Assembly: GCA_009995545.1 (NCBI GenBank) | Contig: JAACPI010000001.1 | Span: 115,698-179,697, forward strand | Reading direction: 5' to 3' | DNA length: 64,000 bases | Source: a bacterium | GTDB taxonomy: Bacteria; Patescibacteriota; WWE3; 2-01-FULL-39-13; JAACPI01 | Part shown: one piece after another, positions 19,010 through 28,875 of the stretch | How positions within the stretch are numbered: position 1 is the stretch's first letter | Layout of the letters: each line of letters starts with the position of its first letter | Position numbers and translations under genes: made by a program | Notes under the pieces: generated by a model | Seen by the model: the letters and a program-made list of their open reading frames with translations, nothing else | The model's database searches: none | Told to the model about the DNA's origin: nothing

Positions 19010-19993
19010 TTATTGAATATTATCTATACTCATAAAACCTTTTTCAAGTTTGTTAGTTTGGTCTAAGAATTCTATCAACCCCTTGTATTCTCTTAAACCT
19101 CTTAATACTATGTCTAGCATATTGTATGTTGGTTGGTTTTCAGCTCCAGAAAATGGAGTATGAGTTATATTTATGATTTCACCAAATTTACTAACTGTAA
19201 TTCTTCCTACAGAATTTTCAGAACCGTTCTCCTTTTTTATCGCTTCCGCAATTAAGGTATTTTCCACAATGTCGATTCTGTAAAATAAACCAGGTTCTGC
19301 GTCGTCGTTAAACTCAATCTGAGGCATTTTCCACCCAATTTGATGTAGCTTATCCGATATTTGATTGTAAATATAGGGCCATGCTAATTCCTCTATAAGC
19401 TGTTCTCTCTCCTCCTCTTCTATTTTAGTAACTTCTATACTGTACCCTAAGTTGCCTGTAGTTATCTGGTGCACCATTAGCCATAAGTAGCCCATGTCAG
19501 ATCTAAAAGCTTGTGTAGTTTTATCAAAAGTAGTGTACTCTGGTGGCTCGTAGCTAGGGGGCATTTTTACTAAAAATCCATCTGAGGGGTTACAAGTCAC
19601 GTAATAAACAATATCCTCATCGTATTTAGTGTGAAGAGTGAGGCAGTGATACTGGTAAATAGGCTTCATTATTGTGATGCCTGTAATCTCTCTAGGACCC
19701 CTTTCAGCAAGTGTTAGGGTGATACTTTCATCTTCTGCGTTACCTACTTTATCAATTTTTAACCCAGCAAGTCCCCTTAGCCAATTATGTAGGATTCCTA
19801 TATCGTAAGTTTTTTCTACGAGCATAAACCTCTCCTCCGGACGTGGGATATCCGCAACCTGCATTTGCATTTGCTCTTTTCCTGCTGGAATCCAATTAAA
19901 TAGTTCGAGAGTTGTAAAAGTGTTAAGTTGTGGTTCTTCTAAAGCAGCAGTTACTATATCAATTTCGTCGAATATTGGTGTTCTATTGGTCAT
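19010..19993 (-). CDS. Hypothetical protein (327 aa), no recognisable domain
   Basis: Long ORF with coding-like composition, slightly GC-enriched. Divergent from 20104-21159. Confidence 0.5.
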   Translation of the reverse strand: MTNRTPIFDEIDIVTAALEEPQLNTFTTLELFNWIPAGKEQMQMQVADIPRPEERFMLVEKTYDIGILHNWLRGLAGLKIDKVGNAEDESITLTLAERGPREITGITIMKPIYQYHCLTLHTKYDEDIVYYVTCNPSDGFLVKMPPSYEPPEYTTFDKTTQAFRSDMGYLWLMVHQITTGNLGYSIEVTKIEEEEREQLIEELAWPYIYNQISDKLHQIGWKMPQIEFNDDAEPGLFYRIDIVENTLIAEAIKKENGSENSVGRITVSKFGEIINITHTPFSGAENQPTYNMLDIVLRGLREYKGLIEFLDQTNKLEKGFMSIDNIQ

Positions 19994-20103
19994 ACCTTTA
20001 AAATAACCTATAGCCTAAATTAATTCGTGACAAAACATTGCCAATTGAGGTTTAGGCGGGGAGGGGTGTTGTTCAAAGTAACCCATAGTAGTATAATATA
20101 CTT

Positions 20104-21159
20104 ATGGATAGTGTAAAATTAGAATATTCTTTACAAACCGAGGCAAAAAGCCTTGTACATGCTATTTTTGGAGTTTCTAACGGCTTTTATATAAAAAATG
20201 GTTGGTATGTTCTGCCTACAAAAACAGCCTATTTAAAAGATAGAAGTACAGTCTATTTACCAAAAATGGATTATACAATTTTGCTTGGTAGTTATGTAAA
20301 AATATCTGAAACGGACAAAATAAACAATAATAGCGATGTGGCCCAAAACAATAAAGCTTGGGTAAATGCTTTAGAAGATCAGCTTAAAAATAATAAACTT
20401 TATATAAATATTTCTACAACTAAAAAGCAAAAGTTGCTAACAGAATATCAACAGCTACTTTTCCCTGCAATAAAAAAATTAAAGTTAGCAATACCTCTTT
20501 ATAAAAATAAAGAATTTAACATTATAGTAAACCCTACCAATTTTGGTGTTGGGTTGTCGTTTACAGTGTTAAGAAATAAATCTCTACAACAAAAAAACAT
20601 AGACATTAATATTAAAATTAGAAACGACGTTCCCTTAGCATATTTAATTGAGGGGTTAGCAAGCAGTGTTAGTAGGGGATTGTATGAAAAAGATGTTAAT
20701 AACATAGGGTGGAGAGAAACAGAGTCTATAAGCGACTTTTTAACTAAATATGTTTTTGAGCAAGAAGACTGTGTTCCTACATTAAGTGTTGTTTCTAAAA
20801 GAAAAATTAAGTTACTAGAGCAAAGCCTAAACTATTTAATATCTTTAAATGCTCCCACAGGAGTACCTTTTAAATACGTTGAAAGCACAAATACAGTAAT
20901 GCTTTTTGAGGATAATATTACTTCTGATTTTACCCCATATGAGTTTAAAGCATTAAGAGCTTTATTAAAAAACAGAAATAAAACAATTACTTTTGATCAA
21001 ATATCCGAACAGCTTTATGGTGAAGAAACAGACATTAAATTTACAATTTGGGGCATTACAAAAACTATTCAACGAATACGTGATAAGCTGCAAAACTATG
21101 GTTTACCGAGAGATATTATTTTAAATGTGAAAGGTCAGGGGTTTAAGCTACTAGAATAG
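20104..21159 (+). CDS. Protein with C-terminal OmpR/PhoB-type winged-helix DNA-binding domain and no receiver domain
   Basis: C-terminal 'ITFDQISEQLYGEETDIKFTIWGITKTIQRIRDKLQNYGLPRDIILNVKGQGFKL' matches the Trans_reg_C pattern. The N-terminal 270 aa are unassigned. Confidence 0.5.
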   Translation: MDSVKLEYSLQTEAKSLVHAIFGVSNGFYIKNGWYVLPTKTAYLKDRSTVYLPKMDYTILLGSYVKISETDKINNNSDVAQNNKAWVNALEDQLKNNKLYINISTTKKQKLLTEYQQLLFPAIKKLKLAIPLYKNKEFNIIVNPTNFGVGLSFTVLRNKSLQQKNIDINIKIRNDVPLAYLIEGLASSVSRGLYEKDVNNIGWRETESISDFLTKYVFEQEDCVPTLSVVSKRKIKLLEQSLNYLISLNAPTGVPFKYVESTNTVMLFEDNITSDFTPYEFKALRALLKNRNKTITFDQISEQLYGEETDIKFTIWGITKTIQRIRDKLQNYGLPRDIILNVKGQGFKLLE

Positions 21160-21237
21160 GGTAGTGATACCCCACTGTCAAAAAAAGTATTTCCATTAAC
21201 CCATCTTTATACGTACCCTATAATTATTCTTAATACA

Positions 21238-21266
21238 AAGAGCTCCGCCTTAAAACGGAGCTCCTT
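21238..21266. terminator. GC-rich hairpin between convergent genes (putative bidirectional terminator)
   Basis: 'GAGCTCCG-ccttaaaa-CGGAGCTC', a perfect 8-bp stem. Flanks are only modestly T-rich. Confidence 0.35.
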
Positions 21267-21292
21267 AAGTATAAGTTAGTTACTATCCCGAT

Positions 21293-21559
21293 TTATTGGA
21301 AAGACATCAGTATAAAGTCATCCTCATTTCTGGGGTCATCAAGGCAAGCCTCTGGGTCGCCCAAAATAGCTTCTTTCTCTTGACCTCGTATATCATAATA
21401 GTCTACAAATCTTTCGACGTAGGCAATCATTCCAGCCTTTATATGTGCCTCTGTTTCTATTTCATTCAGGCCCTGATCCGCTGCTTCTTGACCGTAAACT
21501 CTTCTAGCGGTATCTGCCATCGTTGGTATTTCTATTCCGGGTTTTCTTTTTTCAGACAT
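21293..21559 (-). CDS. Small acidic hypothetical protein (88 aa)
   Basis: GC-enriched ORF with plausible protein composition. The overlapping + strand ORF looks like low-complexity junk. Confidence 0.35.
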   Translation of the reverse strand: MSEKRKPGIEIPTMADTARRVYGQEAADQGLNEIETEAHIKAGMIAYVERFVDYYDIRGQEKEAILGDPEACLDDPRNEDDFILMSFQ

Positions 21560-21734
21560 GATCTATTATTTAAATTTCTACTGCGATTATATTACAACCT
21601 ATAGTAATAATTGTCAAGTATACTATGTAAAATTTGTTTCAAATTTAGTACCTTTAATTTGAAATACGGTTTTGATCTATAGTATTTTGAACTTAATAAA
21701 TACTAAATGATTGTAAATACCGTATACTATCAAC

Positions 21735-22994
21735 ATGTTTTATAAGCAAACAGGAAAGCACCCCAGTGTGGGTGAAATACATACAGATCACGGGATTGTA
21801 AAAACTCCTAATTTTACCCCCGTTGGAACTAAAGCAAATGTTAAGTCTTTGGTGTCAGAAGATTTAGAAAATGCAGATTTAATTTTTGCCAATACTTACC
21901 ACTTATTTTTTTCACCTGGGGTGGAAGTATTGCAAAAATTTGGTGGGGTTCATAAATTCATGAATCGTAATAAGCCTATAATTACTGATAGTGGGGGATT
22001 TCAGGTTTTTAGTTTGGGGTTTGGTAACAGTCTATCTAATATGGCTAGTATTACTGATAAAGGTGTGGAATTCACTAAACCAGAAAATGGTTTAAAGTAC
22101 TTTTTTTCGCCAAAAGTTAGTATACAGACTCAGCGAAAAATTGGGGCTGACATAATTTTAGCTTTTGATGATTGCGCCCCTTATTACGATCAGTTTTTAA
22201 GTAATGTCGCTAATCTTTCTAATAATAAACTTAAAGAGTTTTTAAAAACCCTACCTTTTGATAAAGCAGCCGTAGGTTTAAAGATAGAAGATTACGTAAA
22301 AGAAAACGCTCAGAAGCTTTACCGAGATTATATAGAGATTTCTTTAGCTAGAACCCATAATTGGTCAGAACAAAGCCTTTTGGAGTTTAATAGTACAAAA
22401 AATTTGTACAAGTATAACCAACATCTTTTAGGTATAGTACAGGGGGGTACTTTTGATGATCTACGAGAGGAAAGTGCCAAATATATAGCCTCATTACCCT
22501 TTGAGGGTTTTGCAATTGGTGGGGTTAGTGTTGGAGAAACAAAAGACGAAATGGTAAGCGCTGTTAAATCTGCTACAAAGCATATGCCGGTAGGCAGAAA
22601 ACCAATCCACCTATTAGGGGTAGGGGAGATAGACGACTTTTTTAATACTGTGGAATACGGAATAACAACTTTTGATTGCGTTATCCCCACTAGGTGGGCT
22701 CGGACAGGTTATGCCTTAACAAAAGGAAAAGAAAACAATTTTAGGTTAGATTTACGTAAAGCAGATTTACTTTTTGATAAAGGCCCTATACTTAAAGGTT
22801 GTAGTTGCTCTACGTGTAAAAATTATAGTAGGGGATATCTAGCTCATTTAGTTAGAAACAAAGAAATATCCGCATCAAGACTAATTAGTATTCACAATCT
22901 ATATTTTTTAAATGAGTTATTAGAAAAAATTAGAAAAGCTTTAGGCGAAGGAAAGAGTTTGTCTGCGTTAAAGAGCGAGTACTACGGGGGATAG
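21735..22994 (+). CDS. tgt: Queuine tRNA-ribosyltransferase (elongated, 419 aa)
   Basis: 'LLGIVQGGTFDDLR', 'FEGFAIGG', 'DCVIPTRWARTG' and the zinc motif 'CSCSTCKNYSRGYLAHL'. Confidence 0.85.
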   Translation: MFYKQTGKHPSVGEIHTDHGIVKTPNFTPVGTKANVKSLVSEDLENADLIFANTYHLFFSPGVEVLQKFGGVHKFMNRNKPIITDSGGFQVFSLGFGNSLSNMASITDKGVEFTKPENGLKYFFSPKVSIQTQRKIGADIILAFDDCAPYYDQFLSNVANLSNNKLKEFLKTLPFDKAAVGLKIEDYVKENAQKLYRDYIEISLARTHNWSEQSLLEFNSTKNLYKYNQHLLGIVQGGTFDDLREESAKYIASLPFEGFAIGGVSVGETKDEMVSAVKSATKHMPVGRKPIHLLGVGEIDDFFNTVEYGITTFDCVIPTRWARTGYALTKGKENNFRLDLRKADLLFDKGPILKGCSCSTCKNYSRGYLAHLVRNKEISASRLISIHNLYFLNELLEKIRKALGEGKSLSALKSEYYGG

Positions 22995-23147
22995 AAATTA
23001 AATTTGATTAATTTCTGATGTAAAATTTACCTAATTGTATTGTTTTTAAGCCTTAGGTAACTTTAAAATCACTGTCTTCGTTTGCTAACCAAAATCCCAG
23101 CAACTTACCCCTAGCTACTAGCTACTGTCTCCTATATACTGGTTCCA

Positions 23148-24239
23148 ATGCCTGCCCGCAGAAGAGTTACTAGAAAACATACTTCATATAAACGTACAAA
23201 GCGCTATAAAAGTTTAAAGCGTGTGATTAGGGTGTTTACAATGTCCCTAACCGGGTTTTTTCTTTTAGGTGTATCCTATTATATCTACGTATTGGCCGTA
23301 AATATACAAAAACCCTTTGCTCAAGCTTCTGAGGGTTTAGACTATAGCTCCCAAGCTTACAATTCTACCAAACCAGCTAATATACTATTTATAAATTTAG
23401 AAGATATCAGTGCTACAAACCCCTCGGTTTTAAATTTACACCTATTAAATGTAAACCCTGTTGATTCAAAAACTTTGTTAGTAAGTATTCCTGCAGATTA
23501 TAATATTGAAGATTATAACGGTTTGGGTAATGTACCTATTTCAAAAATTTTTACATTAAATTCACAGACCTCATTCGACAATGGTTTAAAATCACTAGTT
23601 AGAACTGTTGAAACAACCCTAGCCATAAACATTAATGGTTATGTAATTTACGATAATCAAACTTTAACCTTACTAAATTCAGCAGAAATTCACCTAACTT
23701 CTAGTGATTTACCTAAAAATTTAAACTACTCCGATTACTTTAAAATTAAGCAATTATTTGAAATTTCTAGAAAAACAGTTAAGTCAGATTTAAATACTTT
23801 AGAATTCATCAGAATAATTGCGGATATAAAAGATTCTGGATCTAATTTTAACTATAAAAAACTTGATTCTGATAATCTTACAGTCAGTTTTGATGAGGCT
23901 TGGCAACAGGGTTATACCTATGAAATGGTAAAAAAAGAAAGAAATTCAGTTATTATATTAAACTCTACTTCAAAGTCAGGGTTAGCTACCTGGGCATCTA
24001 GATACGTGTCTAATATTGGTGGTTTAATTACAGAACTTGGAAATTCCGAAAAGGTTTATGCAAAAAATGAGATATATTCTACTCTACCTCCTGATAATCA
24101 AACTTTAGGTTATATAATGAGCTTTTTTAACGTGAGTACTGTTAAATCACCTGATGAATTCACAAAAGACCCCTTTCTGGCAAAAAGAGCCGATATTCTT
24201 CTGGTGTTAGGTGAGCAGACAGTAGTAGAATTATATTAA
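23148..24239 (+). CDS. Membrane-anchored LytR-CpsA-Psr (LCP)-like protein
   Basis: N-terminal TM helix. 'LLVSIPADYNI…GLGNVPISKIF' and 'ININGYVIYDNQTL' resemble the LCP core; weak. Confidence 0.35.
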   Translation: MPARRRVTRKHTSYKRTKRYKSLKRVIRVFTMSLTGFFLLGVSYYIYVLAVNIQKPFAQASEGLDYSSQAYNSTKPANILFINLEDISATNPSVLNLHLLNVNPVDSKTLLVSIPADYNIEDYNGLGNVPISKIFTLNSQTSFDNGLKSLVRTVETTLAININGYVIYDNQTLTLLNSAEIHLTSSDLPKNLNYSDYFKIKQLFEISRKTVKSDLNTLEFIRIIADIKDSGSNFNYKKLDSDNLTVSFDEAWQQGYTYEMVKKERNSVIILNSTSKSGLATWASRYVSNIGGLITELGNSEKVYAKNEIYSTLPPDNQTLGYIMSFFNVSTVKSPDEFTKDPFLAKRADILLVLGEQTVVELY

Positions 24240-24276
24240 GAATTTTTTGTTTTAAAATCACTTTGAAACCCGTCTT

Positions 24277-26718
24277 ATGATTTATTTTATAGTTTTAATT
24301 GTAACTTTAGTAGTAATTGCCGCAGGCTATCTTTCTTTCCAAAAGGTACAAAAATTAAATAGTAAAAGTATACTTCCCTCAAACCTAGTAGTTTTAAATG
24401 TTCGTGTCCCAAAAGCTATTGAAAAGGAGGAGGTAGAAAATGCCTCGACTGCAGCAGAAAGAATGTTCTCTAGCTTACACGGTATTTTAAATAGTGCCCA
24501 GAAAAGATCCGAGGAGGTTATAAATTTAGAAATTTACTCTTCTAAGTCAGGTATAAGCTTTTATGTGGTTATACCCGAAGGGATAAAAAGCTTTGTAGAA
24601 AATCAAATATACGCTCAGTACAAAGGAGCTCAGATTACTGTTAAAGAAGACTATTTATCAGAGTTTAATTTAGAGAATAAAAAATCTAAATTAGTAAATC
24701 TAACCTTATCAAAAAAAAGTTTTTTCCCCTTAAAAACGTTTTTAGAATTCGATGTGGACCCTTTGTCTTCGGTTACGGCAGCCCTCTCTGAGGTTAAGGG
24801 TGAAGATAAGATTGTACTGCAACTCTCCGTTTTACCTCTGGCTGACTCTTGGCAAGAGGAGGGGCATGAGTACACCACTGCTTTAAAAGCGGGTACTTTA
24901 AACTCTCCTGGAATTTTTGGGATAATATTTTCTGCTCTAATGAAAGGGTTTAATAACTTATTATTTGGTTTTTCTGAAGAATCTTCTAAGGCGGTTTCTG
25001 GAAAGTCTTTGTCTGTTGTAGAAGAAAAGCATATCCAAATAATTGAGGAAAAACTAGCAAAAATGGGTTTTGACTCCCAGATAAAAATATTTGTAAGTTC
25101 AGATGATGACGCATCCTCTAGCTCTTATCTTAGGTCTGTAATAGGTAGTTTTAGACAATACACTAGTGCACAACATAATGCTTTAATTCAGGGATCTTTA
25201 TCTTACGAGGATAGCTTTGCCTTGGACTTTTTAAAGTCACGAACGTTGATTTCTGAGGACTCTTACATTTTTAATACAGAGGAGCTTGCTAGTATTTACC
25301 ATTTTCCCTCCGGTGTTGTTGCAACTCCAAACATTGCTTGGACAAACTCTAAAAAAGGTGAACCACCTTTAAATTTACCTATAGAAGGCGATGTGAATTT
25401 TTTTGGTACCACTAACTTTAGAGACAAAGAAGTAAAATTTGGGATTAAAAACAACCAAGATAGAATGAGGCACATGTACTTTGTAGGTAAAACTGGAACA
25501 GGTAAATCTACAGTTTTTGAAAACATGATTATTCAAGACATTATTGATGGTAGGGGTTGCTGTTATATCGATCCACACGGTGAAACTATAGAAAAAATAC
25601 TTTCAAGAGTTCCTAAAGATCGAATTGACGACGTAGTTTTAATCGATCCTTCTAATGCAGATAGGCCCCCCGCAATTAATATTATGGAGTGTCCCGACCC
25701 TTCACAAAAAAATCTTTTATCTTCGAGCATACTTTCTGCTTTTAAATTACAGTTTGGTTACAGCTGGGGTCCGAGATTAGAATATCTTTTAAATTTTGCC
25801 CTACTTACCTTAACTGAAATCGAAGGTACATCTCTTTTGGGTATTACAAGACTTTTAACTGATAAGAACTATAGAAAATATATATTACAAAAAACAGATG
25901 ATCCTGTGGTTCTAAGATTTTGGAATGAGGAGTACGCTGAGCTAGAGCAGAGCTTTGGAGCAGAGGCTGTAAGCCCTATTCAAAATAAAGTTGGTAGACT
26001 ATTGTCCTCAACTACCTTAAGAAATATCTTTGGACAAAGAAATTCTACAATTCAGTTTGACGAAATAATGAACGAAAAGAAAATTTTACTTGTTAATTTG
26101 AGTAAGGGAAAAATTGGAGACGATAACGCAAACTTAATGGGTTCATTAATAGTTAACCGACTAACCTTTTATGCAATGCAAAGGGCTAGTTTATTAGAAA
26201 AAGACCGAGTGCCCTTTTATTTGTATGTAGATGAGTTTCAGAACTTTGCAACAGAGAGTTTTATTACAATATTGAGCGAGGCCCGAAAATACGGCCTATC
26301 TTTACATTTAACTCACCAGTACACTGCTCAGCTTCCAGAACCCATTAGAGATGCTATTTTGGGTAATGTGGGTACAATGATAGCACTAACTCTTGGAGCT
26401 CAAGACGCCTCCACATTAGCACCCGAATTTATGCCCACCTTTGACGAGACTGACCTAATTAGCCAGGAAAAATATAATTTTTACTGTAAACTTCAAATAG
26501 ATGGAGCTACTAGTAAGCCATTTTCTGGTAGGGGATTGCCTCCAGTGTATTTAGAAGAGTCTAACTACAGTAAAGAAATAAAGGCTCTATCCTCGGAAAA
26601 GTACGGTAGAGACAAAGCTTATGTACAAGAAAAAATTAAAATTTGGTTGAATAGACCTTTTGATGTCGGTATGGCAATAGCCGAAAATTATCGAAAAACA
26701 GCCAATAATAAATCTTAG
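24277..26718 (+). CDS. Membrane-anchored P-loop NTPase of the TraD/TraG/VirD4 (type IV coupling protein) / FtsK-HerA superfamily
   Basis: N-terminal TM helix. Walker A 'FVGKTGTGKST', Walker B 'FYLYVDEFQNF', C-terminal 'HLTHQYTAQL'. 813 aa. Confidence 0.5.
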   Translation: MIYFIVLIVTLVVIAAGYLSFQKVQKLNSKSILPSNLVVLNVRVPKAIEKEEVENASTAAERMFSSLHGILNSAQKRSEEVINLEIYSSKSGISFYVVIPEGIKSFVENQIYAQYKGAQITVKEDYLSEFNLENKKSKLVNLTLSKKSFFPLKTFLEFDVDPLSSVTAALSEVKGEDKIVLQLSVLPLADSWQEEGHEYTTALKAGTLNSPGIFGIIFSALMKGFNNLLFGFSEESSKAVSGKSLSVVEEKHIQIIEEKLAKMGFDSQIKIFVSSDDDASSSSYLRSVIGSFRQYTSAQHNALIQGSLSYEDSFALDFLKSRTLISEDSYIFNTEELASIYHFPSGVVATPNIAWTNSKKGEPPLNLPIEGDVNFFGTTNFRDKEVKFGIKNNQDRMRHMYFVGKTGTGKSTVFENMIIQDIIDGRGCCYIDPHGETIEKILSRVPKDRIDDVVLIDPSNADRPPAINIMECPDPSQKNLLSSSILSAFKLQFGYSWGPRLEYLLNFALLTLTEIEGTSLLGITRLLTDKNYRKYILQKTDDPVVLRFWNEEYAELEQSFGAEAVSPIQNKVGRLLSSTTLRNIFGQRNSTIQFDEIMNEKKILLVNLSKGKIGDDNANLMGSLIVNRLTFYAMQRASLLEKDRVPFYLYVDEFQNFATESFITILSEARKYGLSLHLTHQYTAQLPEPIRDAILGNVGTMIALTLGAQDASTLAPEFMPTFDETDLISQEKYNFYCKLQIDGATSKPFSGRGLPPVYLEESNYSKEIKALSSEKYGRDKAYVQEKIKIWLNRPFDVGMAIAENYRKTANNKS

Positions 26719-26727
26719 TAATAAAAC

Positions 26728-27441
26728 ATGGATTCAAATAACAGAAATAAAAATAGAAGATTTCAGGGCAAAAATAATTACAAAACCCCGAGTAGGGGAC
26801 AGTCTTCGGACGCATCAAGCAAAGAGCAATTGCTAGAAAAAATAAAAGATTTAGAACAGCAAATTGTTGATCTTAAAAATCAAAACGTCCCTGCTAAAAC
26901 TAGTGCTTCTGATATAGCGGGTCAAAAAGAACAAATTACGACATCTTTTATGGTGTCTAAAGATTCTAAAGTTTCTCCTAAATTTGAAGCCTTAATGTCC
27001 GAGGACTTTACGGCAGTTTCTAAAGAAGATAGTAAAGTTAAAGTTAAACTCTGTGAAAAAGATATAGTAGACAACGAAATAATTTTGGGGGACACCTTAC
27101 TAATTGAAGTACATAAAGACCTTAATATTAAGAGTGTTAAAGTAGCTCAAAGAGCTAAAAGAGCAGAGGTTGAGTCTTTGGTTACTCAGCGAGATAACAC
27201 GTTTTATGCTGTTTCACAATTTGCTACCCACAAACTTCTTAATTACGAAGTTATGGCTAAGGCTATCTTAAAAGGTTTTGAGGTCACTTTAATTCTTCCA
27301 GAAGGGCACGAAAAGGAATCTTATTATGCACTAGTAAAATTCGTTGAGGGTGTAGTCTCAACTGAAGACAGTGTGTATGCCCCAACACACACCAAGCCTA
27401 CCTTTGATCCTAGAGTTATCGAAGACGACGATTTAGTTTAG
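26728..27441 (+). CDS. Hypothetical coiled-coil protein with basic disordered N-terminus
   Basis: 237-aa ORF containing 'LLEKIKDLEQQIVDLKNQ'. Confidence 0.45.
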   Translation: MDSNNRNKNRRFQGKNNYKTPSRGQSSDASSKEQLLEKIKDLEQQIVDLKNQNVPAKTSASDIAGQKEQITTSFMVSKDSKVSPKFEALMSEDFTAVSKEDSKVKVKLCEKDIVDNEIILGDTLLIEVHKDLNIKSVKVAQRAKRAEVESLVTQRDNTFYAVSQFATHKLLNYEVMAKAILKGFEVTLILPEGHEKESYYALVKFVEGVVSTEDSVYAPTHTKPTFDPRVIEDDDLV

Positions 27442-27588
27442 ATTGCCTAATTTTAAACTTAATACTTGGGCTTTAGATTTAACCTTTACAATTTGTTGAC
27501 AAGCTTAGGTATGTACTCTAAATTCTCTACTAGACAGACTCTGCCAGATATACTAATTTTCAATTATAAAGAGTTTTGTGATTAAAAT

Positions 27589-28248
27589 ATGGATAGTATA
27601 GAGCAACAAGCAATAAAAGCTGCTATAGCAGGAGACTGGGAAACAGCTATAAAATTAAATAACCAAGTTTTAGACTCCGGTACTAAATCAGTAGCCTTAT
27701 TTAATCGTCTGGGTAAAGCATATTCTGAAGTTTCTAATTGGGCTAAGGCTGTAAGTAGTTTTGAAAGTGCCTTAGAGCTAGACCCTGTAAATTCAGTTGC
27801 CGAAAGGGGAATTACTTCTGCAAAATTAAATAAAAGAGCTGGCGTTTCTACACTAAATCCAAGTGACACCGTGGTTAAAGATATGAGTACGGTTAAAATA
27901 ATAGAAACAAGTAGCTTTAAGTTAGAACTAAATAAAGATTATGAGCTAGTTATAGGTAATAACGATACTTTTTACTTCTTATTGGATAGTTTAAGCGGAA
28001 AAAAATTAAGAAGAATTAGTAAAAAGAATTTAGGGCTAAAGTCTGGAGCCCGACCCCAAAAGTTGCAAGCTAAAGTTATCGAAATCAATGATGATATAGC
28101 TAGAATTAAAATCTCTTCTGATTTGCCTTCGTTTACCGCAGAAAAAGCCCAGACAGACCCTTTTTTAGAGGTAAAATCTAAAGTTCTTGAGGAAGAGAAG
28201 CTCCATTTTACGAAGCTTTATGAGGCTGAACAAGAGATTGAAGAATAA
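27589..28248 (+). CDS. TPR-repeat protein
   Basis: N-terminal TPR-like helices ('AIKLNNQVLD…LGKAYSEVSNWAKAVSSFESALELDP'). Confidence 0.5.
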   Translation: MDSIEQQAIKAAIAGDWETAIKLNNQVLDSGTKSVALFNRLGKAYSEVSNWAKAVSSFESALELDPVNSVAERGITSAKLNKRAGVSTLNPSDTVVKDMSTVKIIETSSFKLELNKDYELVIGNNDTFYFLLDSLSGKKLRRISKKNLGLKSGARPQKLQAKVIEINDDIARIKISSDLPSFTAEKAQTDPFLEVKSKVLEEEKLHFTKLYEAEQEIEE

Positions 28249-28314
28249 TTAAGATTTAGTCTTTTGAGGTTCTTTTATCCTTTACAACTTTAATAACTCT
28301 ATTAAACTTAACTC

Positions 28315-28845
28315 ATGTCAGGTCATTCTAAATGGAGTACTATAAAAAGAAAAAAAGCTATAGAAGATAACAAAAGAGGTAAGGATTTTACCAAGCTTGC
28401 TAAAGCGATTACTGTTGCAGTTAAAAAAGGTAACAATGGTGATCCAGAACTAAATTCATATTTAAGGATAGCTGTAGAAAAAGCCAAGCAATTAAATTTA
28501 CCCAAAGATAAAATCCAGTCTGCAATTGATAGGGCACTTGGCAAGGAAGGTGAGGCACTTATAGAAGTCAATTATGAGGCTTATGTTTACGGTGGAATAG
28601 GCCTTATTATTTATTGTGGAACAGATAACACTAATCGTTCAATAAACGAAGTAAAAGCAATTCTTTCTAAACACGATTCCGGTATAGGTACACCTAATTC
28701 CGTAGCCTATCTATTTAATTCTGAGGGACAACCTTCATTTAAAATACCTTTACAAAAAGAATTGACGGATAGATTTAATGATTTACTTGACGAGCTTGAG
28801 GACTTAGATGACGTTATGGAGCTTGCACACAATGCTGAATTTTAA
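28315..28845 (+). CDS. YebC/PmpR-family (DUF28) regulator, minimal 176-aa form
   Basis: 'MSGHSKWSTIKRKKAIEDNKRGKDFTKLAKAITVAVKKG' and C-terminal 'LEDLDDVMELAHNAEF'. Confidence 0.75.
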   Translation: MSGHSKWSTIKRKKAIEDNKRGKDFTKLAKAITVAVKKGNNGDPELNSYLRIAVEKAKQLNLPKDKIQSAIDRALGKEGEALIEVNYEAYVYGGIGLIIYCGTDNTNRSINEVKAILSKHDSGIGTPNSVAYLFNSEGQPSFKIPLQKELTDRFNDLLDELEDLDDVMELAHNAEF

Positions 28846-28875
28846 AATCCCTAATCCCACCCACCTGAGTATTAC

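Noticed and set aside
21296-21604. 102-aa + strand ORF overlapping the small acidic minus-strand gene
   Set aside because: Cys/Phe/Leu-rich, low-complexity translation typical of a non-coding frame. The minus-strand frame has protein-like composition.
22328-22690. 120-aa minus-strand ORF inside tgt
   Set aside because: Antisense to a conserved tgt region.
24651-25578. Three small minus-strand ORFs inside the 813-aa ATPase gene
   Set aside because: Antisense shadow ORFs. The + strand frame carries Walker motifs.
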